DNA from: an uncultured Nitrospiraceae bacterium
GTDB lineage: Bacteria > Nitrospirota > Thermodesulfovibrionia > Thermodesulfovibrionales > Dissulfurispiraceae
NCBI GenBank assembly: GCA_963705105.1
Contig: CAVPIW010000006.1
Location: 896,001 to 960,000, forward strand
Length of the DNA: 64,000 nt
Direction of reading: 5' to 3'
Part shown: positions 1 through 9,799 of the stretch, one piece after another
Position numbering within the stretch: position 1 is the stretch's first letter
How the letters are laid out: each line of letters starts with the position of its first letter
The notes under the pieces: model-generated
Seen by the model: only the letters and a program-made list of their open reading frames with translations
Databases searched by the model: none
Told to the model about the DNA's origin: nothing
Made by a program: the position numbers and the translations under genes

Positions 1-450
1 CTCGCTGCAGAAGAGGTGTTTGCCCTTCCAGAAGGCGATCAGCTCCTCCTTGAAGACGTCGTAGGATTCCTTGCTGAAGATGACGCTCAGTCCCTCGCGG
101 AACTCCTCTACCCCCTTTGCTTCAAAGAGATCAAGGGTCGCCCTGTTGACCCTCACGACTTTGACCATGCGGGCAAGGGAAAGGACCTCCCCGGGGTGCT
201 TCCTGAAGTGCCTTCTGAGATCCTCAACTCCGCTCCTTCTGAGACTGTCAAAGCGCCGCTTGATTTCGGAGAAATCCTCATCCCAGAGAGAGACGGGTGC
301 CTGCTCAAACACGTCTGTACGATGATTGTCTTCGAGGCAGTTCTCATCGTGCCTCGCCCGTGAGTCAGCTCCCGTGCCCGGAGGCCGGACGGCAGATGCC
401 CCTCCCGGCGGGAGGGAACCCTCAGAGTCTACCTTTGGATCCTTTCTCAT
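1..450 (-). CDS. PAS-domain sensor protein, N-terminal part (runs off the window edge)
   Basis: Not in the ORF track. Manual translation from ATG 450 is open to base 1: ...DVFEQAPVSLWDEDFSEIKRRFDSLRRSGVEDLRRHFRKHPGEV...VKVVRVNRATLDLFEA...FKEELIAF, a PAS-type pattern seen in sensor kinases and GGDEF proteins. Confidence 0.75.
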   Translation of the reverse strand, partial: MRKDPKVDSEGSLPPGGASAVRPPGTGADSRARHDENCLEDNHRTDVFEQAPVSLWDEDFSEIKRRFDSLRRSGVEDLRRHFRKHPGEVLSLARMVKVVRVNRATLDLFEAKGVEEFREGLSVIFSKESYDVFKEELIAFWKGKHLFCSE

Positions 451-784
451 ATTGTCGTGCCCCAACGTTTGTGCTGTTCGGTAAATCGTTTGCAGCGTCT
501 TATTGAAAAGGTACCATAAAATGCGGCTGCTGTCTATGCGTCCTGGCTGCTTCGGATTTCCAAGAGATACCTTCGCAGTTGTCAAACTGATCGATGATGA
601 GGACTTCGGGAAGAACGTGGGAAAGGCCTTCAATTCCCCAAATCGCGGCGTTGTAGAGAAATTTTCATGTCGGCGTACAACCGCGTTGCATACTTTCTCG
701 AGTCACCTCGTCACAACCATACGTGATTTTTTTACTCCCAATTGTGGTACTTTATCTTTAACATTTTTCTCTCGGGAGCTGTCT

Positions 785-1468
785 ATGGCAATGATTGAAC
801 TGATTGCAGGGATTCCGCTGTTCCGGGGCCTCACAAAGGATCAGCTGAGCGAGCTCGCCGACATCGTGATCGACCAGACCTTCCAGCGCGGCCAGACGAT
901 CTTCAATGAAGGAGAGGATGCGACGGGGCTGTACATAGTCGTCTCGGGGCGGATCAAGGTCTTCAAGCTCTCCGCCGACGGCAAGGAGCAGATCCTGCAC
1001 ATCTTCGGTGCGGGAGAGCCTTTCGGCGAGGTCCCCATGTTCATGGGCGGGCGGTTCCCGGCCAATTCCGAGACGCTCGAAAAAAGCCGCATCTTCTTCT
1101 TTCCACGGAAAGCCTTCGTCGATCTCATCAGGCGGGAGCCTTCACTCGCAATGAACATGCTTGCGGCCCTCTCGCGGCTCCTGCGTCAGCTCACCCGCCT
1201 GATCGAAGACCTGTCGCTGAAAGAGGTGCCGGGCAGGCTTGCCGCGTATCTCCTGTTATTAAGCGAAAGGGAAGGCGGATCGACGGATGTCGAACTCGAC
1301 ATCTCGAAGGGTCAGCTGGCAAGTCTCATCGGCACCATCCCCGAGACATTGTCGCGCATGCTCGCGAAGATGAGCGGTCAGGGTCTGATCAGGGTGCAGG
1401 GCCGGCAAATCTCCATCCTCGACAGGGAGGCGATTGAGGACCTTGCCGCCGGGGGAAAGCTTATCTGA
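785..1468 (+). CDS. Crp/Fnr family transcriptional regulator
   Basis: cNMP-binding domain (IFNEGE...GRIKVFKLSADGKEQIL...FGE) and C-terminal HTH (LASLIGTIPETLSR). Start moved to ATG 785 behind GGGAG. Confidence 0.92.
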   Translation: MAMIELIAGIPLFRGLTKDQLSELADIVIDQTFQRGQTIFNEGEDATGLYIVVSGRIKVFKLSADGKEQILHIFGAGEPFGEVPMFMGGRFPANSETLEKSRIFFFPRKAFVDLIRREPSLAMNMLAALSRLLRQLTRLIEDLSLKEVPGRLAAYLLLLSEREGGSTDVELDISKGQLASLIGTIPETLSRMLAKMSGQGLIRVQGRQISILDREAIEDLAAGGKLI

Positions 1469-1632
1469 CCTCCCGATTGTCCGCTTTCACGGTGACGTAT
1501 TCGGGTCAGATGCCCCAGGTGCCGGTTTGTTCGCTCTTTCTTTTCCCATTCCTTCAGTGCCCTGGCGGACGATACGGGAAAGCCCAGACCTCTTTGAACT
1601 CGAAATTCCGAGCGACGTTCAGGCGAATTGAT

Positions 1633-2139
1633 TTAGAATTGTCTCTGCCACCCGTCGAAGGCGAACAGATCAGCGACGATGACACCATAGGACAGCATGT
1701 TCCCCAAAATGAAGACGGGAAATGTTTTCCGTAACGGGTACTTCCAGACACCCCGTGCAACCAGCATTTCAAGGCATGTGCTTCCGATCAGCATAAGGCA
1801 GATTGTCGCTATTTTATTGAATGACGCGAAGGTCCCCTTTACAAAAATGTCGGCGATGAGATGCCATCCCAGCATGCCGAATGCCAACAGATATATGCCC
1901 ACTGTCGCGGAAAAAGCATTGACGATAAAAGAGACGAGCAATGCTTTCTTGGTATCGGAAATGAGACGCCACCGGAGGACGCCGGCCTCAAGCAGAAGGC
2001 CTATAACGACGACGTACCAGTAACGGAAATGAGAGTCGGTGACATACAGTGCCGGCCAAATGACATCCGCATGAGCCACTGACGGCATGAGAGCGGCAGT
2101 GACAGCGAAAAAGACCCGTCTCGTTCTCTGTCTTGTCAT
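1633..2139 (-). CDS. Hypothetical membrane protein
   Basis: 168-aa ORF with a signal-like N-terminus and several hydrophobic segments. Confidence 0.7.
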   Translation of the reverse strand: MTRQRTRRVFFAVTAALMPSVAHADVIWPALYVTDSHFRYWYVVVIGLLLEAGVLRWRLISDTKKALLVSFIVNAFSATVGIYLLAFGMLGWHLIADIFVKGTFASFNKIATICLMLIGSTCLEMLVARGVWKYPLRKTFPVFILGNMLSYGVIVADLFAFDGWQRQF

Positions 2140-2215
2140 GTATCCATTTGCCTTGCTCTATCGCCGCACGCTCGGGAGCAGGCGCGGCGGAGCGTCATGA
2201 TGCGCAGAATTAAGC

Positions 2216-3028
2216 TCACAGAAAATATACCGGCTCCTTTCGCGTTTGACATGCCTGGCTTAAATGCAGGGCGATATTCTTGATCATGTCATTGTTAATC
2301 TTTCGCGCATGCTGGGGACACACCTTGATGCAGGCGTTGCACACGATACATTTCCCTCTGTCGATCGATGAGCTCTCTTCCGGATCAATCGCGCCGACGG
2401 GACAATGCTGCGCACAGGCTCCGCACTGCACACAACTGTCATCAACGGCAATGAACTCAATACCGGACAGCCTCTTTCTGCTCTCTGCCATATCTTTGTA
2501 CGGGTAAGTGCCGGGTACGGTTATAGCGGCAATGTGATTGACCGACTGAAGGGCTGATATTTTCTCTTTTATTTTCCGGCCGAATGACATCGCGCAGCTC
2601 AGATCGTTCGCATCGGGCCGGCCCGGGGCAATGGGCGTTTCGACACCGGAAAAGGAATGCTCCCCTATGAATGCGGCACAGGCAACAGGCAGGCAGCCGG
2701 CTTTCACCGCGGTGTCCCTGAGTTCGAGCAACGCGTCGTCATATTCCCGGTTGCCATACATGACCACACAAACGGCAGGGGTATTATGAGCTTTGATCGT
2801 CCGGAACCATTCGATTGCGTCGGTCTGCACCCTGCCGAAATACACGGGCGCCCCGATGAGAAGCAGTTCATCTCCCGATGCCTGCAGTTGCCGGTTTCTT
2901 CCCTCGGGTGTCGTTATATCCACCATCTCCGCGGCGATGTGATCCATCCCCTGAGCAATCGCCTCAATGATCCTTTTCGTCGTGCCTGTCGGGGAAAAAT
3001 AAACGAGTTTCAGAGATCGAATTTTCAT
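2216..3028 (-). CDS. EFR1-family flavodoxin/4Fe-4S ferredoxin protein
   Basis: YFSPTGTT flavodoxin-like start, YGNREYDDAL, and two CxxCxxCxxxCP motifs. Confidence 0.9.
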   Translation of the reverse strand: MKIRSLKLVYFSPTGTTKRIIEAIAQGMDHIAAEMVDITTPEGRNRQLQASGDELLLIGAPVYFGRVQTDAIEWFRTIKAHNTPAVCVVMYGNREYDDALLELRDTAVKAGCLPVACAAFIGEHSFSGVETPIAPGRPDANDLSCAMSFGRKIKEKISALQSVNHIAAITVPGTYPYKDMAESRKRLSGIEFIAVDDSCVQCGACAQHCPVGAIDPEESSSIDRGKCIVCNACIKVCPQHARKINNDMIKNIALHLSQACQTRKEPVYFL

Positions 3029-3075
3029 TTGGTTTCAACTCCGTAACGGAAAGCTTCCATTATGACGGACGAACA

Positions 3076-3242
3076 TTGACAGCCTTGTAAAAAAAAGTCC
3101 TGTAAAGGGCTTATCCGTCATTCCCGTGCAGACGCGAATCCAGTCCTATCAAGTAGTTATTTGTACTCTGGATACCCGCTCCCCGCTTACTATCCGCGGG
3201 GACAAGCTTCGCGGGTATGACGACTTTTTACGAGATGGTCAA
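3076..3242. repeat. Small palindromic element (TTGAC..GTAAAAA..GTC / GACTTTTTACGAGATGGTCAA ends) containing a GTCATTCCCG-type REP doublet
   Basis: Imperfect terminal inverted repeats with internal gtcattcccg...cgcgggtatgac inverted halves. Confidence 0.6.
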
Positions 3243-3320
3243 CACTGGGAACGATGAAATCCCCCGTCGGATTAAGCCACGATATTCTTTCATGCCAAGG
3301 GAGCGCCTTGGACGCCGGTT

Positions 3321-3794
3321 TTATTTATCAGCCGGCTCTACCACTCGGGCGGCAACGCTTCCGCACTTCTTGCAAGTTCCCCGCAGCACCAGGGAGCGTC
3401 CCGACATCTCTCCTTCCTGCAGTTGGAGCGAGGTCACTGCCCGGCATTTCGGACACCAGGCGTTGTCAAGAATGTCTTTTCTCATCTGTGCCGGTATTTG
3501 CTCCCACCGCTTCTTTGCCGGAGGCGTCAGTTTCGGAAAGGGTATCGTTTTTGTTTCCTTGACAAAATACCGTTCAAAGAGCTCTTTTGCCCTGAGAAAG
3601 CCCTCCTCAGTCATGATCACCGATTTCGTCTTGCCGACCGGATTCGATATGTACCCCTTCTCGTGAAGCCTGTTTAGCGTGTCCCAGTCGAACCCCTTCC
3701 AGGCCCTCGCTCCCAGTCCTTCCTGTCTGTCATGGGCAACGAGGTAAAGAAGCGCCAGAGTGTATTCGTCTATCTTGTCTTCGTCGTAGTCCAT
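3321..3794 (-). CDS. DUF6429-like protein with C-terminal CxxC...CxxC zinc ribbon
   Basis: RAWKGFDWDTLNRLHEKGYISNPVGKTKSV motif; CPKC and CKKC. Confidence 0.75.
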   Translation of the reverse strand: MDYDEDKIDEYTLALLYLVAHDRQEGLGARAWKGFDWDTLNRLHEKGYISNPVGKTKSVIMTEEGFLRAKELFERYFVKETKTIPFPKLTPPAKKRWEQIPAQMRKDILDNAWCPKCRAVTSLQLQEGEMSGRSLVLRGTCKKCGSVAARVVEPADK

Positions 3795-3823
3795 ATGTTC
3801 TCCTTGCGTCGAAGGGTTAACCA

Positions 3824-3956
3824 GGGTCTGTCCATAAAGTAAACTTCATCTGTCATTCCCGCAAGAGAAGCGCGTCGGGAATCCTTCTGAAAGAACGATT
3901 CCGGACAAGACGGAATGACAAACAAACTACAACTTCATGAGTTTATAAACAAACTC
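3824..3956. repeat. REP-doublet-like palindromic repeat
   Basis: gtcattcccgcaag...gggaatcc...ccggacaagacggaatgac; related sequence at 14562-14652. Confidence 0.55.
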
Positions 3957-4139
3957 TAATTATACGGCCGCCGCATCGGAAAATTGTGAGATACTCTCAA
4001 TCGCATGCTGTACTTCTCGATGAACACGATTCCAAGCCAGGACTTCGCCAGTCTATTTACTTTAGATTCTCCCGTTTTATTTCTCTCCGGCGTGATACTC
4101 AAAGCAGATTGAGCCATCCATTCGCACAATGCGCGGCGT

Positions 4140-4382
4140 TCATCGGGAAGCCCGCTTCCTGGGCAATTCTGCTGAACGTCTTGCTCTCCCTGCAACACGT
4201 CTTCTGAGCTCGTCAATCCCGACGGTCGGGGCGTTCTTTTCGTCCGCCTTTGCTTCTCTAAGACAGCGAAGGTCCTCATAGTCGTCCAGTTTTTCCTGAA
4301 TTCTCAGAAATTCTTCATAAGGGATGACGGCATATTCATTCTTCCCCTCCCTTTTTATGATTTGGGCATGTAGCTCAACCAT
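4140..4382 (-). CDS. Putative antitoxin of a type II TA pair
   Basis: Small protein (YAVIPYEEFLRIQEKLDDYEDLRCLREAKA) directly downstream of a RelE-like gene. Confidence 0.75.
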   Translation of the reverse strand: MVELHAQIIKREGKNEYAVIPYEEFLRIQEKLDDYEDLRCLREAKADEKNAPTVGIDELRRRVAGRARRSAELPRKRASR

Positions 4383-4400
4383 CTTGTTACCCCCCATCTA

Positions 4401-4646
4401 TCAGTATGCCTCTCGGCGATGAGTAATACGATAAATAACGACTGCATCCTTTTCAATTTCAAAAAGTATTCTGTAATCACCTATGCGCAATCGATACTCA
4501 GGCGTCGAATCGGTAAGGCGTTTGACATCTCCGCTCAAATTATCACTCATCTTTTTAATCCCTGCAAGGATGCGCTGTTGATTTTTTATGGGAAACTCTT
4601 CAAGGTCTTTAACCGCCCGTGGTTTGAATTGAATACTGTATTTCAT
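4401..4646 (-). CDS. RelE/ParE family toxin
   Basis: MKYSIQFKPRAVKDL...DVKRL...YRLRIGDYRILFEI...HRREAY. Confidence 0.9.
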   Translation of the reverse strand: MKYSIQFKPRAVKDLEEFPIKNQQRILAGIKKMSDNLSGDVKRLTDSTPEYRLRIGDYRILFEIEKDAVVIYRITHRREAY

Positions 4647-4699
4647 CTCTTATTCTGGACAAACGGATCAGGCGGGATGCTTCATCCCAGCCATCTTTT

Positions 4700-4909
4700 C
4701 CTTATCATTGCAATAGGGTCTCCGGGAAGGCGGGGTGTATGCGCCGAAAACCTTGCTGCTGCGACACCGTAACCCTCACAGAAGACAACCTTTCAAGCTA
4801 ATGGTCGATCACATAAAGAGTGGAATCCTGAAAGACAAACCTGGCGAGGCGTATGGTCGCCTTCAGCAAGGCTTTGAGGCGCTTCGCCCCGCCTTTCTAC
4901 GCAACAAGG
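4700..4909 (+). mobile_element. CCTT...AAGG MITE-like element (arms LY-RY), TSD TTTT
   Basis: TTTT at 4696-4699 and 4910-4913, long imperfect terminal inverted repeats, and close similarity to 25371-25583 and 15209-15426. Confidence 0.85.
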
Positions 4910-5050
4910 TTTTCTCTGTTCCCTATGCACAGTATAGCACACCTTAAGGGTGAGCGAACAATGAGTCCTCATAAGAAACAAGGAGTTGACTATTTCGACA
5001 TTGTCGTGCAATGTGCCGGTGTAAAAAAGAAAATCCAAAAAGGAAGGATT

Positions 5051-5731
5051 TTACCGGTCGAAGGCGTCGAGGAGCTCGCTGAAGTCTTTGAGGACGGGGA
5101 ATTCGTCGGTGTGGCTCTCGGTCTTCTTCGAGTTCGCCCGCGTTTTGAGAAGGAGGTGCCCGATGCCGAAATCGCGGGCCGCCCTCAGAACATCAATCGT
5201 ATCGTCGATGAAGAGGGTCCGGCGCCGGTCGAAATCGAGCATCTTTTCCGTGAGCCGCCAGAATTCCTGCATCTCCTTGGGATAGCCCATCTCGAAGGAG
5301 GTGACGCAGCGGTCAAAGTAGCGGCCGATCTGCGTCTTCTTCAGCTTGATATCGAGGACCTTGTAGTGGGCGTTTGTCACCATGTAGACTTTCTTCCGGT
5401 GGTGTTTCAGCATGCGCAGGAAGTCCTCGACATGGGGATGGACTTCGATGAGGTGCTTGATCTGCTCCTTGAGGGCGGGGATATCGATGTCGAGTTCCTG
5501 CGACCAGAAGTCGATGTCCGTCCAGTTCAGGGTGCCTTCGTGGGCCTTGTACAGGGAGAAAAGCTCCTCACGGGCCTTCCCGAAGGTGATGCCGTGCTTC
5601 TCCGAGAACTTCTCGGGGACGAGGTGCTCCCAGAAATAATCATCGAAGTATTTGTCCAGGAGCGTCCCGTCCATGTCGAGCAGGACGCACCGGATTTCAC
5701 GCAGGGGAACGGTCAGTTTTCCCGGTACCAC
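5051..5731 (-). CDS. HAD-family hydrolase (GMP/IMP nucleotidase YrfG-like)
   Basis: LLDMDGTLLDKYFDDYFW, VTNAH, SFEMGYPKE and LFIDD motifs. Confidence 0.88.
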   Translation of the reverse strand: MVPGKLTVPLREIRCVLLDMDGTLLDKYFDDYFWEHLVPEKFSEKHGITFGKAREELFSLYKAHEGTLNWTDIDFWSQELDIDIPALKEQIKHLIEVHPHVEDFLRMLKHHRKKVYMVTNAHYKVLDIKLKKTQIGRYFDRCVTSFEMGYPKEMQEFWRLTEKMLDFDRRRTLFIDDTIDVLRAARDFGIGHLLLKTRANSKKTESHTDEFPVLKDFSELLDAFDR

Positions 5732-6270
5732 GAGAGATCGATGTAGTCTTTGATCCGCTTGTAGACAAGATCGAGGATACCCCGCAGTTCTTCGAATATC
5801 TCGTCGTAGAGCTCGCTGTCAGCCAGGTCGTCACCTTCGAGATCATAGGAGTAGGAGATCTCGTATTCCTTGGAGGCGCCGTTGCCGGGAAGGATTTCCT
5901 TGATGACCATGATCGCTTCCGTATCGGGATAGGTCTCCTCGACCTCTTCGAGAAGGGCCTCGATGTCCGGATACCCCTCGAGGATCGGGAATTTAACGGT
6001 CACCTCGAGTTCGATCGACGTGTCCATGTCGGTGCTCTCTTCTTCCGTCGAGGTGTCTTCGAAAAGGGCCATTCCGGTCTGGAAGGCGTCATAGATGAAA
6101 GAGACCGTCGCCGTCAGCGGATAGGGAAGCTCGAAACCCGGAAGGGTGAGGAAGAAGCGGTTTTCCCTCTCGAGGGTGAACTGCTCGATAAACACCTGCA
6201 TATTGAAAATCTCGAGGTACTTTTTTGCAGATTCGGCGATCTTCATCTGGATCTCTTCAAATCTCTTCAT
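5713..6270 (-). CDS. Acidic hypothetical protein
   Basis: ORF from MKRFEEIQ with host-like codon usage, overlapping the HAD gene start. Confidence 0.75.
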   Translation of the reverse strand: MKRFEEIQMKIAESAKKYLEIFNMQVFIEQFTLERENRFFLTLPGFELPYPLTATVSFIYDAFQTGMALFEDTSTEEESTDMDTSIELEVTVKFPILEGYPDIEALLEEVEETYPDTEAIMVIKEILPGNGASKEYEISYSYDLEGDDLADSELYDEIFEELRGILDLVYKRIKDYIDLSWYREN

Positions 6271-6305
6271 GGTTGCCCCTTTCGGAAATAGTTTAAAATT
6301 ATAGC

Positions 6306-7031
6306 ATGAAGAGCAGCGGGAGCGCGAACAGGGTCGCCGTCGTGACGGGCGGCTCCGGAGGTCTCGGGAGGGAGATCGCCGCACAACTCTGCAGGGAGGC
6401 ATGGCATGTCGCCGCCGTGTATCATACGGCTGAATCCGTCGCTTCGGGGCTTCAGGAAGCCTTTGGTGACCTCATCCTGCCCTGCCGGGCCGACGTGACA
6501 GAGAAAGATGACATGGAGAGGGTCGCAACCGATGTGGTCAGTGCCTGGGGACACATTGATGCCCTCATCGCCTGCGCGGGCATAACCCGCGACGGCCTCA
6601 TCGTCAGACAGGGCGTCGGGGATTGGGAGAGTGTGATGGAGGTCAACCTGAAAGGCCTCTTTCACGCAGTCAGGGCCGTCGCCCCCAGGATGTCAGCGGG
6701 TGGTCATATTATCACTATATCCTCCTATTCCGGGCTGAAAGGAAGGGCCGGGCAGGCTGCGTACAGCGCCTCAAAGGCATCTCTCCTGGGCCTCACCGTG
6801 TCTCTCGCCGGAGAAATGGCGCCGCTCAACATCAGGGTAAACGGGGTGCTGCCCGGATACATGGAGACGCCAATGGGCGTCCGCTCTCCGTCTGCTATGG
6901 CTGCGGCGAAACGGGAGAGCCTGCTCGGATGCCTCTCCGATCCCGCTGAAGTCGCCCGGTTCATCGCCTGGCTTGTCGGGACGGAGCGCATAACCGGACA
7001 GGTCTTCACCCTCGACAGCAGGATTGTGTGA
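6306..7031 (+). CDS. SDR family oxidoreductase (FabG-like)
   Basis: TGGSGGLG, AGITRD and YSASK motifs. Confidence 0.9.
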   Translation: MKSSGSANRVAVVTGGSGGLGREIAAQLCREAWHVAAVYHTAESVASGLQEAFGDLILPCRADVTEKDDMERVATDVVSAWGHIDALIACAGITRDGLIVRQGVGDWESVMEVNLKGLFHAVRAVAPRMSAGGHIITISSYSGLKGRAGQAAYSASKASLLGLTVSLAGEMAPLNIRVNGVLPGYMETPMGVRSPSAMAAAKRESLLGCLSDPAEVARFIAWLVGTERITGQVFTLDSRIV

Positions 7032-7032
7032 A

Positions 7033-7431
7033 CTTTGCAGTTGCATGGAAAGGCGGGGCGAAGCACTCTGAAAAGCAGTGACAGTGTGAGTGTGAGTGTC
7101 AGTGAAAGGAATCGTTCTTATATCTACGCTGCCTCCGGGAAGGCTGATATGGGTCAAAGCCTTTCCAATGCGATGCTGAGACTTCTCCAGGTGTTTAGCG
7201 CCTGTTGCCTGACGGGCTCTCGTCATCGGTCGACACGGCAAAGGGTGGTCTGGTGATAGATAAGGTATCTTAGAGGAAAGGCTTTTCACCACATCAGCCT
7301 TCCCGTCCTGGTATTCATGACCTTGCTCCGACTGTCGATTGCCGACAATGACTTTAATGACTCAATGACTTAATGACTCTTACGGTGGCATCTTCGCTCC
7401 GCCTTTCCGGAGAGCGTATACAACGATAATG
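7033..7431 (-). mobile_element. MITE-like element (LX-RX) carrying the 168-bp hairpin module at 7137-7304, TSD TGAA
   Basis: TGAA at 7029-7032 and 7432-7435; shares GTCATT and CACTGA arms with other copies; ends are slightly degenerate. Confidence 0.8.
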
Positions 7432-7569
7432 TGAAAGCTCCAAAAATGTCTCGCCTTTTTATGCTGCCCTTCCCGTCCCGGTGTTCGCGGCCTTTTTCCG
7501 GCTGCCGATTGCCGATGGCAACTGACTTGGGGTTGACAGTCCGCTCCGCTTCTGGTAGGTTTATTATCT

Positions 7570-8760
7570 ATGACACAAATCCCGGCTGAAGAGGTCCTCA
7601 GAAAGCTCGAGGCAGGCTATTTCCTGCCCTCCCTGTCCGCCGTCGCTCTCAGGCTCGTCGAACTGGCTTCCAATGACGCTGCCACGGTGCGCGACCTCGC
7701 AACGCTCATCGAAGCGGACCCGTCCCTGACGGTCCGTCTCCTGCGCCTGGCCAACAGCGCCATGTTCAGGCGAGGCGAGCCCGTCACGTCCATGGAGCAG
7801 GCCCTGTTCAGGGTGGGTTTTCATCGCCTCAGGATCATGGCTCTTTCCATATCTCTGAGGGATACCTTTCCCATGGGCAGGCACGGCCTGATGGATTATG
7901 AACAATTTTGGAGGCATTCCCTGTACAGGGCGACAATCGCCCGTTCTCTCGCCCATTTTCTGCGCAATTGCAATCCCGAAGAGGCCTTTGTCGCGGGACT
8001 CACCCAGGAAATCGGCCTTCTCATCCTCCATGACATCTTTGTCAAGGGCAAGGATGAGCATGTCCGTCTCGATATCTCTCCCCTCATGGAACTCCTCAAG
8101 ATGGAGAGGGAAAGGTTCGGCATCGATCACCGTCAGGTCGGGGAGGCCGCATTCCGGTACTGGCAATTTCCCGACGAGATCATTGCCTGCCAGAACATTG
8201 AAGCCGGCAGCGGGCCGGGTTCTCCCGCGCCGCTGTGCTGTGTCTGTAACGTGGCAAGAGAGCTTTCATCGGTCATCTGTCAGGACGACCGGAACCTGAG
8301 CCGTGTTTTTGCCCGGATGGACGCAGTCTACGGCTTATATCACGGTCTCATCAGTGACATCATCGTCAGGACTTTTCAGGAGGTGCAGGAAATCGCCGAG
8401 AGCCTCAACGTCGGAATCAACAGGGACAGGGATGTACTGGACATTATGGAAAAGGCGAATGCCGCCCTCGCCCGCCTGACGGAGCGCATCGATGCCGGCC
8501 AGGCTGAAGCGTCGTCACCGCAACACCCCTCTTTCCGGAATGTCAGCGACGGACAACCGCCGGGGAAGGTCGATCAGACCCTTCAGGCCGTCGCCCATGA
8601 GATACGAAATCCTCTCACCGCCGTCGGCGGATTCGTGAAAAGACTATCGAGGACGCTCGATCCCTCGTCTCAGGGCTGGGAATACGTCCAGGTCATCCTG
8701 GAAGAGACGAAAAGACTGGAAGACGTCCTGGCGCATATGGAAGGGAAGACGCCGCGCTGA
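7570..8760 (+). CDS. HDOD domain protein with C-terminal HisKA-like helix pair
   Basis: LPSLSAVALRL, DPSLTVRLLRLANSA, FWRHSL, EEAFVAGL; C-terminal VAHEIRNPL H-box. Confidence 0.88.
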   Translation: MTQIPAEEVLRKLEAGYFLPSLSAVALRLVELASNDAATVRDLATLIEADPSLTVRLLRLANSAMFRRGEPVTSMEQALFRVGFHRLRIMALSISLRDTFPMGRHGLMDYEQFWRHSLYRATIARSLAHFLRNCNPEEAFVAGLTQEIGLLILHDIFVKGKDEHVRLDISPLMELLKMERERFGIDHRQVGEAAFRYWQFPDEIIACQNIEAGSGPGSPAPLCCVCNVARELSSVICQDDRNLSRVFARMDAVYGLYHGLISDIIVRTFQEVQEIAESLNVGINRDRDVLDIMEKANAALARLTERIDAGQAEASSPQHPSFRNVSDGQPPGKVDQTLQAVAHEIRNPLTAVGGFVKRLSRTLDPSSQGWEYVQVILEETKRLEDVLAHMEGKTPR

Positions 8761-8767
8761 TAGGGCG

Positions 8768-9316
8768 CTAACGGTCCGGCGGATCGCAGATACTCTTCCC
8801 CTTCGTTTTCCTCATCGTCGCCCTCTCCATAGTCATCTTCACTTCCCCGTAGAGATCTTCGTAAGCCGCCTGCAGGGCGTCGTGAAACGTCACGATTTTG
8901 CCGCCGTGCAGCCGCGTGAACGCCTGCGCGTCCGCCTTGTCCGCAAAGGCCCATTTGGCCCTCTGCGTCATCACACCGGGTCTGTCGCCTCCGATCACCC
9001 AATGAGCCGACGCCGCTTCAATCAGCTTCCGTGTGGCATAATCACCCACCATGACGTCACAGGGCACGAGGCTCATGTTCACCGTCAACTCGATAGCCGT
9101 GCAATGAAGGCTGCAGGTCCCCACCATCGTCGTATCCGTGTACCGGAGAAACATCCTGCTGTAGGAGAAAGTCTCCCTGTCCATGCCACAGTATTTGCAG
9201 GACCGGTGCTCCCGGATGTCGTCACGGGCAAAACACGGTGCGGTGACAAGAAGAATGAGCAGTACCGCGGAAATCCACGCGAACATCGATGGGACTTCTC
9301 TCAAGCGCGGCTTCAC
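8768..9316 (-). CDS. NosL-like exported metal-binding protein
   Basis: Signal peptide, CKYCGM, CSLHC, and WVIGGDRPGVM...AFADKADAQAF. Confidence 0.8.
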   Translation of the reverse strand: MKPRLREVPSMFAWISAVLLILLVTAPCFARDDIREHRSCKYCGMDRETFSYSRMFLRYTDTTMVGTCSLHCTAIELTVNMSLVPCDVMVGDYATRKLIEAASAHWVIGGDRPGVMTQRAKWAFADKADAQAFTRLHGGKIVTFHDALQAAYEDLYGEVKMTMERATMRKTKGKSICDPPDR

Positions 9317-9798
9317 AGGCTCAGCACCGAGTAGATGATGTCCTTGACGACACCGGCCGTTTCGAGCCGCTCCAGCACCGGGTCGAGGTCACTGGGGGAG
9401 GCCGCGAGGAAATAGACCCAGCCGCCCGGACTGCTCTTGATCAGTTCCGTCGTCAGGAACGTCTTTTTTCCGACCACATCGCGGGGCTTCAATTCACGGG
9501 ACGTCAGAATGAGCGTCGCTTTCCGCAGGCTCTGCGACTCATAGGGGTGTTCTTCGAGTTTCGTCACCTTGCTGAGCCGCTTGATCTTGCGGACCATCCT
9601 GTCCTTTTCCTCGTGGCTGCAGCAAAAGGTGAGCACGACGCTTCCGTCGGTGCCGGCTTTCGCTTCAGACCCGTGGCCTACGACCGTGTCGATGCTGACT
9701 CCTTCATTACTGAAAGCCGATGCAATGCTGGTCAGAGCCCCGGCGCGGTCAACGACATGGGCCCGGAAGACCCAATGACTCCTGGCAGTTTCGTTCAT
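9313..9798 (-). CDS. ACT-domain protein (IlvH/IlvN-like N-terminus)
   Basis: VVDRAGALTSIASAFSNEGVSID ACT signature; start taken at MNETARS. Confidence 0.7.
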   Translation of the reverse strand: MNETARSHWVFRAHVVDRAGALTSIASAFSNEGVSIDTVVGHGSEAKAGTDGSVVLTFCCSHEEKDRMVRKIKRLSKVTKLEEHPYESQSLRKATLILTSRELKPRDVVGKKTFLTTELIKSSPGGWVYFLAASPSDLDPVLERLETAGVVKDIIYSVLSL

Positions 9799-9799
9799 G

